Below are positions 53,282 through 64,000 of a stretch of DNA of 64,000 bases, one piece after another. Positions within the stretch are counted from its first letter, which is position 1. Each line of letters starts with the position of its first letter. Below the pieces are notes generated by a model. That model made no database searches and was not told the DNA's origin. It worked only from the letters and a program-made list of their open reading frames with translations. A program made the position numbers and the translations under genes. Origin of the DNA: Raillietiella orientalis. Its lineage: Eukaryota. The DNA lies in assembly GCA_036172245.1 (NCBI GenBank), contig JAYWIR010000004.1, positions 744,001 to 808,000 on the forward strand. The letters are read 5' to 3'.

Positions 53282-53609
53282 TCTTCCCTTACGTCACTTT
53301 CAGTTTGCAAGCAGCCTGTATTGTCTTCGACAGGGTAGCCTTGATATTCGATCTTCATCTTTTCCGGAAGCAGTGACGAGCTCGCCGTCTTGCTGTTTTT
53401 GGCCTCCAAGGCGAGCAGTTTTCTCTCTATTGAAGGCGGTGTTCGTCGCTGTAAAATTCCTGAAGAATGATGACTTCCTGTAACAGCAGAGTGGAGGAGG
53501 GTATCTTCCTGTTTCTTGCTTCTTGTACCCTGTCGCACTTTCTCGTCAACTTTCTCTATCTGATCGCATTCTTTTACTTTTGCCAGCTCCTCGCTAGGCA
53601 CGTCACTTT

Positions 53610-54582
53610 TTAGTTGAGCTTTGGATGACTGTTGCACATCCTGCCTGTGCTTTTTACCCTTTCTTGCTTATGATTCCCGAAAAATATGATGGTAGGGACT
53701 TTCTCCTCTAGAAATTTTTTCTTTTGGTTTTCCTCTTGTTGGTTTTCTAGGAAATTGGATCCGAAACCTTGCGTGTCCCACCAATCGGCACATTTTCTGC
53801 ATTCTCTCTTTGCATCTCCGGATTGCCTGCAGAAGTAGCACAACTGAGTCTGCGCACACGACCTGATGAAGTGTCCTCGCTGGTTCCACACTAGTAGATC
53901 GTGCCCTAGGGCGGGTGCTTCTTCGATGACCAGAACTTTTGCAACCGGTGCAAGGCACTGGTTACTGCCCCGTACCTCATCAGTACTTCCTAGCAGTGTG
54001 CGTCGGTGTTTGCCATCCCTGATATTGGCATCTTCATCCATCTTCACTCCGGAGATGTCTTTTCTTTTTTTTTTAAAAGAGGAGATGTCTTTTCCGTGTG
54101 ATTTCAATACCACATGTTCAACTTCATACTGAAACAGGTGATCCCATACTACCCACCAGGAGGTGTGTATACTAATCCTGCCATGTATCCTATCGTGGTG
54201 GTGAGTTCACCAATGCCAGGCAGCAGATGCCCATTCAGGACTATTCCCTGTTCTACTAAAGTGTCTGTCAGCTGTGCACGAGGTGATTGCTTGTATTCCC
54301 TCAAAGGTGACATTTTTCTTGTATAGAGGAAAGTAGAAAGTCCTCCACGTTTCTGATTTTTAATGACCCGGTCTTAAACGTCACCATCCTGACCTCAGAA
54401 CCCACTTTGACCGTGAAGACGTCCTGTCTGAAAATCATTAGTGTTTTAGGCTTAACTGGAATACGTTTGGTGGTTTGCATTACTCCCCTCAAATGAGCGA
54501 TGGATGTCATTGCTGGAGGTGCAGCCGGCGCCGCCGCGTAAGATGCGTCAGGTGTTGCCTCTGTCACCGTTGGCACGGTCAC
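53610..54582 (-). pseudogene. LINE ORF1 (gag-like, two CCHC knuckles)
   Basis: SYAAA; 'NQRGHFIRSC' and 'CYFCRQSGDAKREC'. Confidence 0.75.
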
Positions 54583-55552
54583 CTACGCAAGGACAGATAG
54601 CTGTGTCTGGCGCACATCCACAGGCCTGGTTGTCTGTTTCTTCTCCTGAATAGCCTTGTAGGTTGGTGGTTTTTCCACGCTCGATGTCCGCAGAATTTTC
54701 TTATCTTTCAACCTTACTCTGGTTTGGTGTTCTCAGCGCTCGTGAAGTCAGGCGGGTCCAAAACAACCTCAGTACGAGGACCGTGGTGAAATCAGCTCCA
54801 GTCCCCCTGGAAACCTGCGGCAACTGCTCCTTGAACGCCCCCGCCATTTTGCGAGTGAATTCTAGGAGACTCTTGATACCGGACAGCCTGAGATCTCCAA
54901 AGGCGACCTCGAATGCCCCGCCCCTTTTCCTTTATTGTAGTCTCGAGTGCCTCTCTCAACTTGATTCGTCTGTCACTGCTACAATAGCAATAGGGGGATC
55001 GCATGAAGACAACAGTAACGACAACGTCAACGGCATTGGCAGCAGCCACAGAGATTACACTAGCAAGGAGACTTTTGGCAGATACAGAAGCATCAGAAAC
55101 ACCACTCCGCAGCGTCACCTAGCTCGAGGACTGATAGCTACCTGCTTCGATCTCCTTCGTTTTCCTTCTCCGGCCGGCTCCACGCGAGCTACTGATTCGA
55201 TACTCTTTCTTCGTCATGATCGGAAAGGCACACCTCGGTTTTACTCAAGATGCTTTCTCGTTTTCAAGTAACTCACAGCATCTCAGATGAGGGTACTATG
55301 CTCAGCAGTGAGGGTCCTCGAGCTGTTCTGAATCTTGGTAGATCTGCTGCACATTTCCAAATGTAGCAACAGCATCTATTCCATTCCCTAGAAAACGATC
55401 TCGACTGCCGGTTAGCTGCTCCCACCCTTTCCCTCGCAGAAGGCAGAAGCAAACTTTGCTGCTAACCATATTTGTCGGAAAAGCACCCCTTCAAAGATGT
55501 GCTGTTCTTTTATCTCCAAGGCAGTAAGGAACTCATGATTTGACACTCGTGA

Positions 55553-55870
55553 GTGAAACGAAATCCCTTGCTGCATGGCTATTGGGTCGCGGAGTCACCA
55601 AGTCGTGGACGCCTCGATGAGCGGCCTTCCTACAGAAGGCTGTGCCAAAGTGCGATCTCCATGATGTTCTCTGCTTTGATCCAAAGTTCGCCTTTGGTGA
55701 CTTGCCGGAGACAGACGCTTTCGGAGACATCCAGAGGTATCCAGCAACAGCGCATCTCTATAAGGAAAGTTTTTTCGACAAGTATCGTCCATAAGTATCC
55801 AGGCCATGAGAAACGCTATCGTTGCCATCGTTATCAGTTTGGATGTTTGTTTTAGGAACTGTGGTTAGGA
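55553..55870 (+). pseudogene. Possible PMD-like C-terminal fragment
   Basis: 'FSTSIV...QFGCLF*ELW'. Confidence 0.28.
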
Positions 55871-56899
55871 CTGCAAGAGAACCCGTTGGTCTCTCGTTCG
55901 AAGAAGGCATGCCACTCCTCAGAGAACCACGGCAAGAACAAACGGCCGAGACAGCTTCAGTGTGAAGAATCGAGCGTGGAGGAACTAGTAGAGGTGTCGC
56001 AATCTTGTGGCAGATACGAAGAAAGGGATGCGGATCCCAAATGATAGCGATCTCTCTAGCAACAGTGTCTTAAGAACATAAAATCTCTTGAAGAAGACCT
56101 TAAAGCAAATATGAAGTTTCAGAGACTTCGTCCGATCTGAAAAATGAGGCACAAGTTTTTAATCATCATGCCATTCTCGCGATCGCTACCGTTCCAGCAT
56201 CATAGAATCTGCCTCAAGTCCAACAGTGGCTTTTTTTGGCCAAGATTACCCTTTACTTGTGCCTCGTCGTGTTTAGTTGATCAGCCCTGTAAATCAGCTT
56301 TCTTATTCTTTTTGATTCAAGTTCGGAATTTGGCGCAAAGCGCCTGTAACCTTCGACTCTTCTGTTCCCAGTTCCTACGCTGCATGGAAATCTGAACGCC
56401 CATCAGTTAATTCTGTGACCTGCAAGACCTCTCAGAGAATGCAACCTCGGAAAAGCTTACGAAGGGTCGTAGCTTCCTGTTCCGGTCCGAAAGACTGCAC
56501 TGCAGCAAGGAGTTCTCCCAGCACACGTACAGCACCGAAGAATCCTTACCTTGACACGAGGAGTTCCGAGGTATCTCCTCGTCGTGACTAGCTTAGCTTA
56601 ACGTTGAAGCAGAAAGTTCCACATGGCAGGGTAAGAAAAAGGTCAAACTGGCGCGTTCTGGCCATCCCCTGCAGGAATATCCTTGGATCTTGAGCATCAT
56701 CCATGTCTTGGTTTGCACTCCATGAGTGTTTTGCAAATGATGTGTGTTCTGAAACACTACTGGTAGAGTGAAAAAATCTGGTGCGAGAGATTCACGAAGC
56801 CTCAAACGGCTTTCAAGGAGGAGGCGAGACGGAAGATGACGCTTTCCATGCGTTCAAACTTATGCTCAGGGATTCTTCCCCAGGACTGGTCTGGGACTC

Positions 56900-57666
56900 A
56901 AACAGCAGAGGGTGGAAATCTTGCTTTCTGAGAAAATTGCTTCATTCTGCATGAACGCTCCGGTCGGAGGCCATCTAGGGCAGTGGTTTGGAAGAAAAGC
57001 ATTCTTTTGTAGCTTTCTGAGAAGCTCCAGATGGCATCAGCCCGAAAGATTTCGTATGCGTGCGCGCATCGTGCGCAGTAGGGAAAGAGCCAAAAAGTAC
57101 CAGGAAGATGAAGGGGGAAAGGTTCACATCCAGTAAGGTCGAATTCTGGTTTGAGCGGGAAGATATCATGCCTGTGTCTTCTGAGGGCAAGATGGACTAC
57201 GGCGTAGTGACCGCCTGCCGTTTCTCTCTTAATCCAGAAGTCTGTCTGCTGTGCCACAATACCCACTGGATCGATCTGCGGATATTGTCGCACAAGCTAC
57301 ACTGACGTAGCTTCCAGAGTCTGAAGAGGGACGCCGTTCCGAGACTGATTGCGTGCCATCGAGCTAGTGTTAAAAAAAGTATCCAAGGAGATCAAGACAG
57401 ATCTGAGACAGGTTTAGCCACTTTTGTTGTGTCATGGAAGATTTTTCTCCTCAGTGAGGATCCATCTTAGATCTTCAAAACGTGCTCATGGAGGATCACA
57501 AATTGCTCCTTCCTTTCCATCACCCTTTTACTCCTACGATCGCTACGGTAACCACTGGACATACCGAAGAGTGAACCAAATGTGGACCATCTCGAGAAGC
57601 GCTTCCTCAGTTCCTCAGTACACCTTGAGTGGTCGGCATGCGGACCGATTAGAAAAGGCGCGATAA
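56900..57666 (+). pseudogene. Degenerate PMD-like ORF
   Basis: 'FLRSSRWHQPERF' (cf. ERW.PET.TF), 'HWIDLRIL'. Confidence 0.4.
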
Positions 57667-58742
57667 AAGGAAAATGAACAGTGGACTGATCCTCGGGCAT
57701 TCAGAGCAGATCATGCTGCTATGGAGACCGCGAGCCATCTTTCTCTTTCGGCCACTGCAGCCCAAACGGGAGCAAACCTGGACTGCGCCACCCATCAGTC
57801 CATCGGACAATTCACCTTAATAAGCTCGAAGAGAGTCATCGCAGACCCTCATATTGATGAATCCAATGGTCCATTGCGGATGATGTTTCTAAGCAACCCA
57901 TGGAAACGCCCTGTGACCCACAGCCACGGGCAGCGCGAGCGCAGCCTCGCCTTCAGAGAGAACGATGAGGCTGATTCCAGGTCTCAGGGTGCTGCATACG
58001 GATGTGTTGACTGATGTGTGTGTGTGTTGACGTACTCCAGGGGGACTAAGTCTTTGTGGAACACATTTTTCCCCCATATGGCTCTCTTCTGGAGATGAAT
58101 TGTCCGTTTCCCGAGGAAAAGCTTTTCCAGTATCTGACTGCTCCAAATTTCTGAATTCTCGAAATATCACCGTGTGATGCTACAGATCAATGGTTTATTG
58201 TTTTTTTCATATCAGTGAAAGGAATCCTTTCCGTTCCAGGCAACGGCAGCTGCACAGCGACAGTTCACCATGGCCACTCTCATGAAGAGAACGCAGAGCA
58301 TTACTCAGCGTCACAGAAGAAAAGAACAACAAAATTGGCGGCAACTAAAACTCACTCTTTGCCGACTTCATTGATTTTCAGAATGCAGCAAGCAGCAGTG
58401 CTCCCTCTGAACTGGACCATCTCATGCCGGCAGAGGTCGTTCGGAGAGTGCCATCACCTGTGCAAAGAGAACTGTGGACTTCTGCTTGCTTACCTGGACT
58501 CAGCCCCTGTTTTTCGGGTAGGTCCCGTGAATCCCTCGGTTTGTGGAGTCCTCAAAAGCAAACGGAGAAGCCATTCTTTGGCTGGACCACTACAACACAC
58601 GTGCAGGGAGAGCTGCTCCGTGAACTGGCTTCAGTGTGACGGAACGCGTTCAGCAGCAGTTCAGAGGACAGCGATGTCTCATCGTCCGTCTGACAGAAAA
58701 GCTTTGAATAAGCAAACCACTAGAGAAGATGAGGATTGAAAG

Positions 58743-60300
58743 ATGAGTAACCGAGGAAACTCCTTAGAGATCGTTCGTCTAGTCAGCAGGCTGAGGGGAG
58801 GAAGGGCTAGCAAGTCTACCAGGTTCCTTCCTCGAATGGCAGCACGCAGGGTTACTCTCCCTGAACCGGACCATTCCATGAAGTGTGTGCCGGAACCGCA
58901 TGGCGAGCTGCAGAGTGCCTGTGAGCTGCGTTTCTAATGCCTCTGGAGATGGGGTAGCTCCCTGCATCTGCCTAGGGTGGACACGTCAACTCCAGAGAGC
59001 CGTCGTGCTCCCGGAAAGAGAGTAGGAGTCTGATCGGAAGGTCGAGGATTGAGTGGCTCTCCGCAGCACTCTCGGAGTCCACTGTCGTCTGCTCGGTGCC
59101 GAGAGCTGCCCGCCGCGTTTTCTTGAACCACAGAGGGTCCGCGGTCGGAGGAGATGCAAACTCCGTTTGCCAGTGGAGGTGCATGTGCGAACGCGCTTCG
59201 CTGACGCAAGACAAACGCGCGCGTGTGCACTGGTGTCTCTCCGGGGAGGTCGTGACTGGTTTCAGTGCTGCCGCTGTGATACTGCGTCGTCACTACGCCG
59301 ACAGCGGTGGCATCGCGAGTGGCAGCCAACTCTTCTGGAACTAGACGAGCTCCGAGGTCAGCGGTGGTCATTCCAGACCGATTTCGGAGAGAACACTTTT
59401 CAGCAGCTGCGAGCAGGATCGCTTTTCCATCGTCCTTCAGTCTGCTCCCTACGAGCTGGAAAGTCAACTCGTCTGATCCAGGTATTTCAGAAGCGGAATC
59501 GTCCTTGTCGCCACGGGTCCAGCGGTCCTTTCCTCCTGCTCCCTAGCAAACATCATGGCTTGGTTTACTGTTCCTCCTTCTTCACCTGTCCAGTCCTCCC
59601 TAGCTGTCTCACGACTGTACTGACCTCTTGACTCTGTAGAGTGCGAAGATCTCTACGAGTTCATTTGTCTGGGAGCACGTTTTTGCGCACGCGCGCAAAC
59701 TTGCCGGAAGACGGCGGGAGAGTTTCGTGATGAGGCGACAGAAGGGTGCAATGAATGCCGGAGCTCCTGCCTTCTCACCAGTAGCGAGTGCAGCAACCAC
59801 TCTTGAGCGCTAATCGCCGCAAATAGTTAGACAAACAGGAAAGGAGTTCACAAAGAGACAGATGGAGTTCTACCCTCTGGTGGGTGACACCAGCTCCCGT
59901 TACACGTGCGGAAAGAGGCGCGCATTCATGCGCAGCAACATGGACGCGCTGCCAGTCCGGTGGCATTCGGACTGAGTGACATTCACGAAAGGGATCGGGT
60001 ACTGGGAGAAGCTTCCGGATTCTCATGTATACAGCTGTTCTGGATGCTTCTCCTGCTCACTCACAGATGCTGACCAAAAAAAGAATGTTAAAGAATGGAC
60101 CAGGGCTTTGGACTCTTTCAGTAGATACCCTTCAAGACTGGAAGGTGCAGCTGGGCGTATATGTGAAATCACGTGTTCTCGAGCGTGAGCAGATGTGTTC
60201 TTGTGCAAGTCACATGCACTTGTGGGGCATAGGGCATGAGTTCGGAGAAAAAGTCACCAGTATTATTCGCCGCTCGTTCGTTCCTCCTTTGCTCCTCTGC
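58743..60300 (+). mobile_element. Possible decayed LINE ORF2
   Basis: AVGGDAN (cf. GGDFN), LDEL, LSANRR, HLWGI. Confidence 0.3.
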
Positions 60301-60399
60301 CTTTGTTGCTAGGCTGGCATCTTAGAGATTATCCAGGAAAATGATTGTAGATATAAAGTTCCCGAAGCTTTGCTTTCCGGAGCAAGATACCTAATGCCG

Positions 60400-61100
60400 A
60401 ATACCCTCGAAAGGAATCCAAAGCTTGCCCAGAAACATCTTATTCAGCGGCCAATGAGCTGATAGAAACGTGGATTTGTGGTGATTCGCTCTAGTCTCGA
60501 GGTGAACCGTTCTATGGGCTGATGGGTGCTGGAGAGCAGATGACTTTCGTTTTGCCCTACAGAGATCCAAGCAGGACGGTGCAGAGAGAGATCTCGAAAA
60601 CTGCGTGGTTTGTGGCACCCGTTCTTGGCTTCATTGGCTGCGTCATCTGAACCTTTTCAACCCTTTCGCTCGCGACTCTCGCTCCACGCGGAGGCAGCGG
60701 ACGAGGGTCGCATCTCAAGAATTCGTTATCTTTGGCATGAGGGTCCAGAATTGGAGATCTTCCTGCTCGTGGACACGGGCCGTGATTGCAGGCAGGAAGG
60801 GGTCGATCACATCTCTCTCTGGCGCCATTCTGTTCCGCATCCTTCAGCCGTTCTCTGACTCAGAAATTGACACAAGAAATTTCTCCCTCCTGTAGACGCC
60901 TCTTCAGAAGAGAATCATCAGTTTCTGCGTGCATCTCCGCTGTCTCTTCTGTAAAATTTGGAGGAGCAGGAAATTCCTTCTCTCTAAGGAATTCCTAGAC
61001 TTTCTGCATGCTCTCGCTTCTTGTGCGCAGGCTCTTCCGCTTCGCTCACCAGTCAGACCACTGCAGGAGGCACGCAGGAACATTCAACCAAAAAACCTGG
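60400..61100 (+). pseudogene. PMD-like fragment convergent with LINE 3' end
   Basis: SWLHWLR, RVASQEFVIFG, SLSGAILFRIL. Confidence 0.4.
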
Positions 61101-61479
61101 TACATCTGTCACCAATTAAATGATTTGACGATGCCTTTCAAGCGCCAACTTGCTGCTCCTCCATCAGTGGTTTGTTAGGAAGCCAGAAACTAATTCGTTA
61201 CCTCACGTGACCTTGAGATGCTTCCGTTTCTCAGCTTCGTTTGGTTTTATGTTCTGAGGAATTCTCTTCTTCTGACGAGTGTGAAAAACTGAGGTAAGAG
61301 CAGCGTGGCTCCTACGTTTGTAAAAGTACACAAATGATTATCACCCGGTTATGCCGAGGCATTTATTAAGTTAGTAATAAAAATATATTTTTATGGTAGA
61401 ACCAACGGTTCTACCACGCACATTGAATCTGCCGAAGAGCGGTACGCAGACCAGAGAGGTCCGCTTCGGCGGCGTGAGG

Positions 61480-62050
61480 GAGGGGAAAATAAAACACAAA
61501 AATAAACAGCGAAAAGGGGGAAGGGGAATTTATACACGGGGAGGAAGAGGGGGAAGCTATCCACAGTACTCTGCTTCCAGGCGCCTCCGGAATCATGTTC
61601 AGGATGCTGGCAAGTTCTGTCCGGATAGTGTCCAGGTGAAGCCATCTCGTGGCAGTCCTCAGAAAGATTCACGCCCAGTGGATAGCTTCCCTACCATTCT
61701 GATCTCTTCTTCCCGTGTTCCATGTTGCCATGATTCCGCGGATGCAGCAGAGCACTGCAAGGGACGCGGCTGGTAGCAGAGCGGCACGCGCAAAGAGGTG
61801 TTTCCAAATGTCCCTGGGACCGCCCGCCAGGATTCCTAGGATCGTCTTGAGGAGATCCCAAAGGGATTCAAGAGCAGCACAGTCCAACAGCAGGTGTGGG
61901 AGAGTCTCCTTTTCCTCTCACCTGTCTCATTTAGCGTCGACGCTCCTCCGTGTTCAGTGAAGTCCACAAACAAAAGAATCGCTGGGGACGCTCCGGTCCT
62001 TAGTCTGTGGTTTGTTCACCTTTGGTTCAATCAAATGAAAGGGGATAAAT
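61480..62050 (-). mobile_element. LINE ORF2 3' end (zf-RVT-like) with pyrimidine-rich UTR
   Basis: 'K*DR*EEKETLPHLLLDCAALESLW' aligns with CASCESAESIPHLLSDCRGLHELW. Confidence 0.7.
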
Positions 62051-62120
62051 TTGGGTGGCAAGAAGGCTGTTTACCTTTTCATAGCCTTCGCCTCCTTTTT
62101 CTCAGAGCCGAGGCAGCTGT

Positions 62121-62861
62121 TCAAAAGGCGCTGTTTCTTCTCACCCAGCCGTTGCTTTCAGTAGATGCTGTTAATGGAGAGCTGGATGCTGGAACGCACC
62201 ATCTCCTTCCCGATTTATTTCCTCCCAGTGCCTCGAGATCCTCACTTCTCACAACATCGCATCGTTCTCTCTGTCTCACGATCCAAGGATGTTGCGGAGA
62301 GTGACCGTATTGACTCCGGAAATCCTGGATGAGGAGAGGAGAGCTGGTTCTTGGTGAGTGCTTTCTTTTCGTTGCCTTTCCACATATTGCGTTGGCTTGG
62401 CCATCTTTCCGGATGCGAACCGGACGTGAACGCTTTGACGGCTGAGCCTGTAGGTGTCGGGATCGGATGCTTTTGACAGACACTGCGCGCAGAGTGACTC
62501 CTGAAAGTTTCGTGACGGTTCGGTCCGGAGGGTCCAACAGCTTGAGACCAGTGTCCACGGAGAAGATGCAACCTCGTCTGATGAGTTCCCGAGACCACTC
62601 AAAGGGACGACGTACGTTCCTTCGAGTAATGGGCATGTGAGCATTCTTTTGCCTCTCTGCCCGAAAGATCCGTGTATCTTGATTTTCCAAAGGAGAATTT
62701 CTATCGAATTCCAGTCTGCCTTCCAGTGGATGCCGCACCCCTAATAATGCACTTTTAGAGAAGAAGAACATTTTTATGGCGTCTTGTTTTTGAAAGTCCG
62801 CGGTCCGATATATGCGGACAAACATCCGGTCCCTTGAGGACTCGGACTGGATTAGGCACAT
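62121..62861 (-). pseudogene. Possible PMD-like ORF
   Basis: 'FVRIYRT' family block and 'VTLRAV'; weak. Confidence 0.28.
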
Positions 62862-63094
62862 CTGAAACGGATACTCATACGTGTCAAGATATCCATATGC
62901 TGTCGTGCACGTTTAGGAAGTATCTAAGACAGGATATCGGCGTCACTGATTTGAAATTGGATGGCACTCCAGAAACAAAATGGAAAGAAAAACATTATCA
63001 GGAATGCTGGAAAGGGATCATCTTCAACATGTTTGTTCCAGCAATGTAACTACAGCTCTGGTCTTCTAAAAGGACTGGATCATCTACAAAAACC

Positions 63095-63953
63095 ATGGGG
63101 AAGTCTTCGACAGACCGGGAGACATCAGGAATGATGGCTAGTCTTTTAGAAACAAGCCTAATCGAAGAAGAGTGTAAGAAGTTTTCATGTAAGAAATTCT
63201 CAGTATTTCCAAATAGCCTTCTCTATCCCTCCTATCAAATCCTCGTGCCTAAGCCAGATGAGGGTTTGGCTGCTGTTGGTAATGATTGAGAAAGTGCACC
63301 AAGGATTCTTCCCCAGCCGTACATCTTGAAAACATCCATGCCATCCTTTGTGGAAACGGCTTGCAAGAAACAGAATCAGACCATCTGAGCATCGTTCCAA
63401 ATGGTAAAGATTGAAAGTGAGATCATGAGAGAGACATCTCGTGTGCCTTGGGTGGCTCATGAAAAAAAAGGTTGTAGGACAGATCTCAAATCTTTGATGG
63501 TTGGCTTGGAGTAGAAATTGAGATCGTTGTACATTGAGCACTCTCAAACTAGGTGGTCAGAGAGCCACTGACTGCGAGTGGCTCCCTGACCCGCTTGAAA
63601 TTTCAGATGAGGCTGGAAAACGGCAAGCCAAAAGCATGGAGAATCTCACACAAGGGATATCCATCGCGTTTCGGAGGGTGTCGCTATCAAGGACAAAAAC
63701 AGGTGCTGCACATATAGAGGAGCTTGCAGCATATGGAACGACATCGCGCTTCCCCAGAGTTAATTACCATGACAACGAAGAGGCATCCAGTCTGGCTGAC
63801 GCAGGTCCCGGAAATCTGAAGTTTTGTTTACGTGGTCCGGGAGACTTTTTTGAAATTGCAATTAGCATGCTCTCCAGGGAGCCGCTGACTCAAACGCGCT
63901 CACTACCTCGCCTGATGTTGGCACCGGCAAACTTAGACGGCGCTCGATTTTAA
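63095..63953 (+). pseudogene. Possible PMD-like ORF
   Basis: 'VHLENIHAILCG' (~63320; cf. ITLEDV..LLG). Confidence 0.33.
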
Positions 63954-64000
63954 ACTTCCAAAAGTTCAAAGTTTACATATGAAGAATTGGTATTCGCTCT

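Larger units (their letters stand above)
50220..54600 (-). mobile_element. Near full-length, inactivated L1-type LINE
   Basis: ORF1 zinc knuckles, then APE motifs, then RT motifs, then PKVLY/GG blocks, all collinear; many stops and frameshifts. Confidence 0.9.

Noticed and set aside
1..64000. Alternative genetic code or RNA editing explaining the broken ORFs
   Set aside because: Breaks include frameshifts, deletions and all three stop codons, consistent with ordinary pseudogenisation
1..64000. CRISPR array, rRNA, LTR retrotransposon or prokaryotic operon
   Set aside because: No regularly spaced repeats, rRNA signatures, long direct repeats, integrase motifs or dense intact ORFs seen

Overview
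Eukaryotic, almost certainly land-plant, nuclear DNA of roughly balanced GC with no intact protein-coding gene that I can support. Nearly the whole window is a graveyard of two decayed families, recognised by eye from motifs (no HMM was run). The first is L1-type non-LTR retrotransposon (LINE) remnants: about 12 pieces, the best a near full-length minus-strand copy at ~50.2-54.6 kb with zinc-knuckle ORF1, APE endonuclease, RT (YADD) and a 3' region. The second is about 20 mutually diverged pseudogene copies resembling the plant mobile domain (PMD, Pfam PF10536). The most striking pattern is that LINE 3' ends are repeatedly followed tail-to-tail by an antisense PMD-like ORF (7-9 cases), suggesting a LINE family with antisense PMD cargo or a LINE targeting PMD genes. 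Two ~1 kb near-identical inverted repeat pairs (10349-11343/33631-34626 and 23348-24410/27535-28597) copy already-dead sequence. A tRNA-like A/B-box head lies at ~38.7 kb. Boundaries of degenerate features are approximate and many individual PMD calls are weak.
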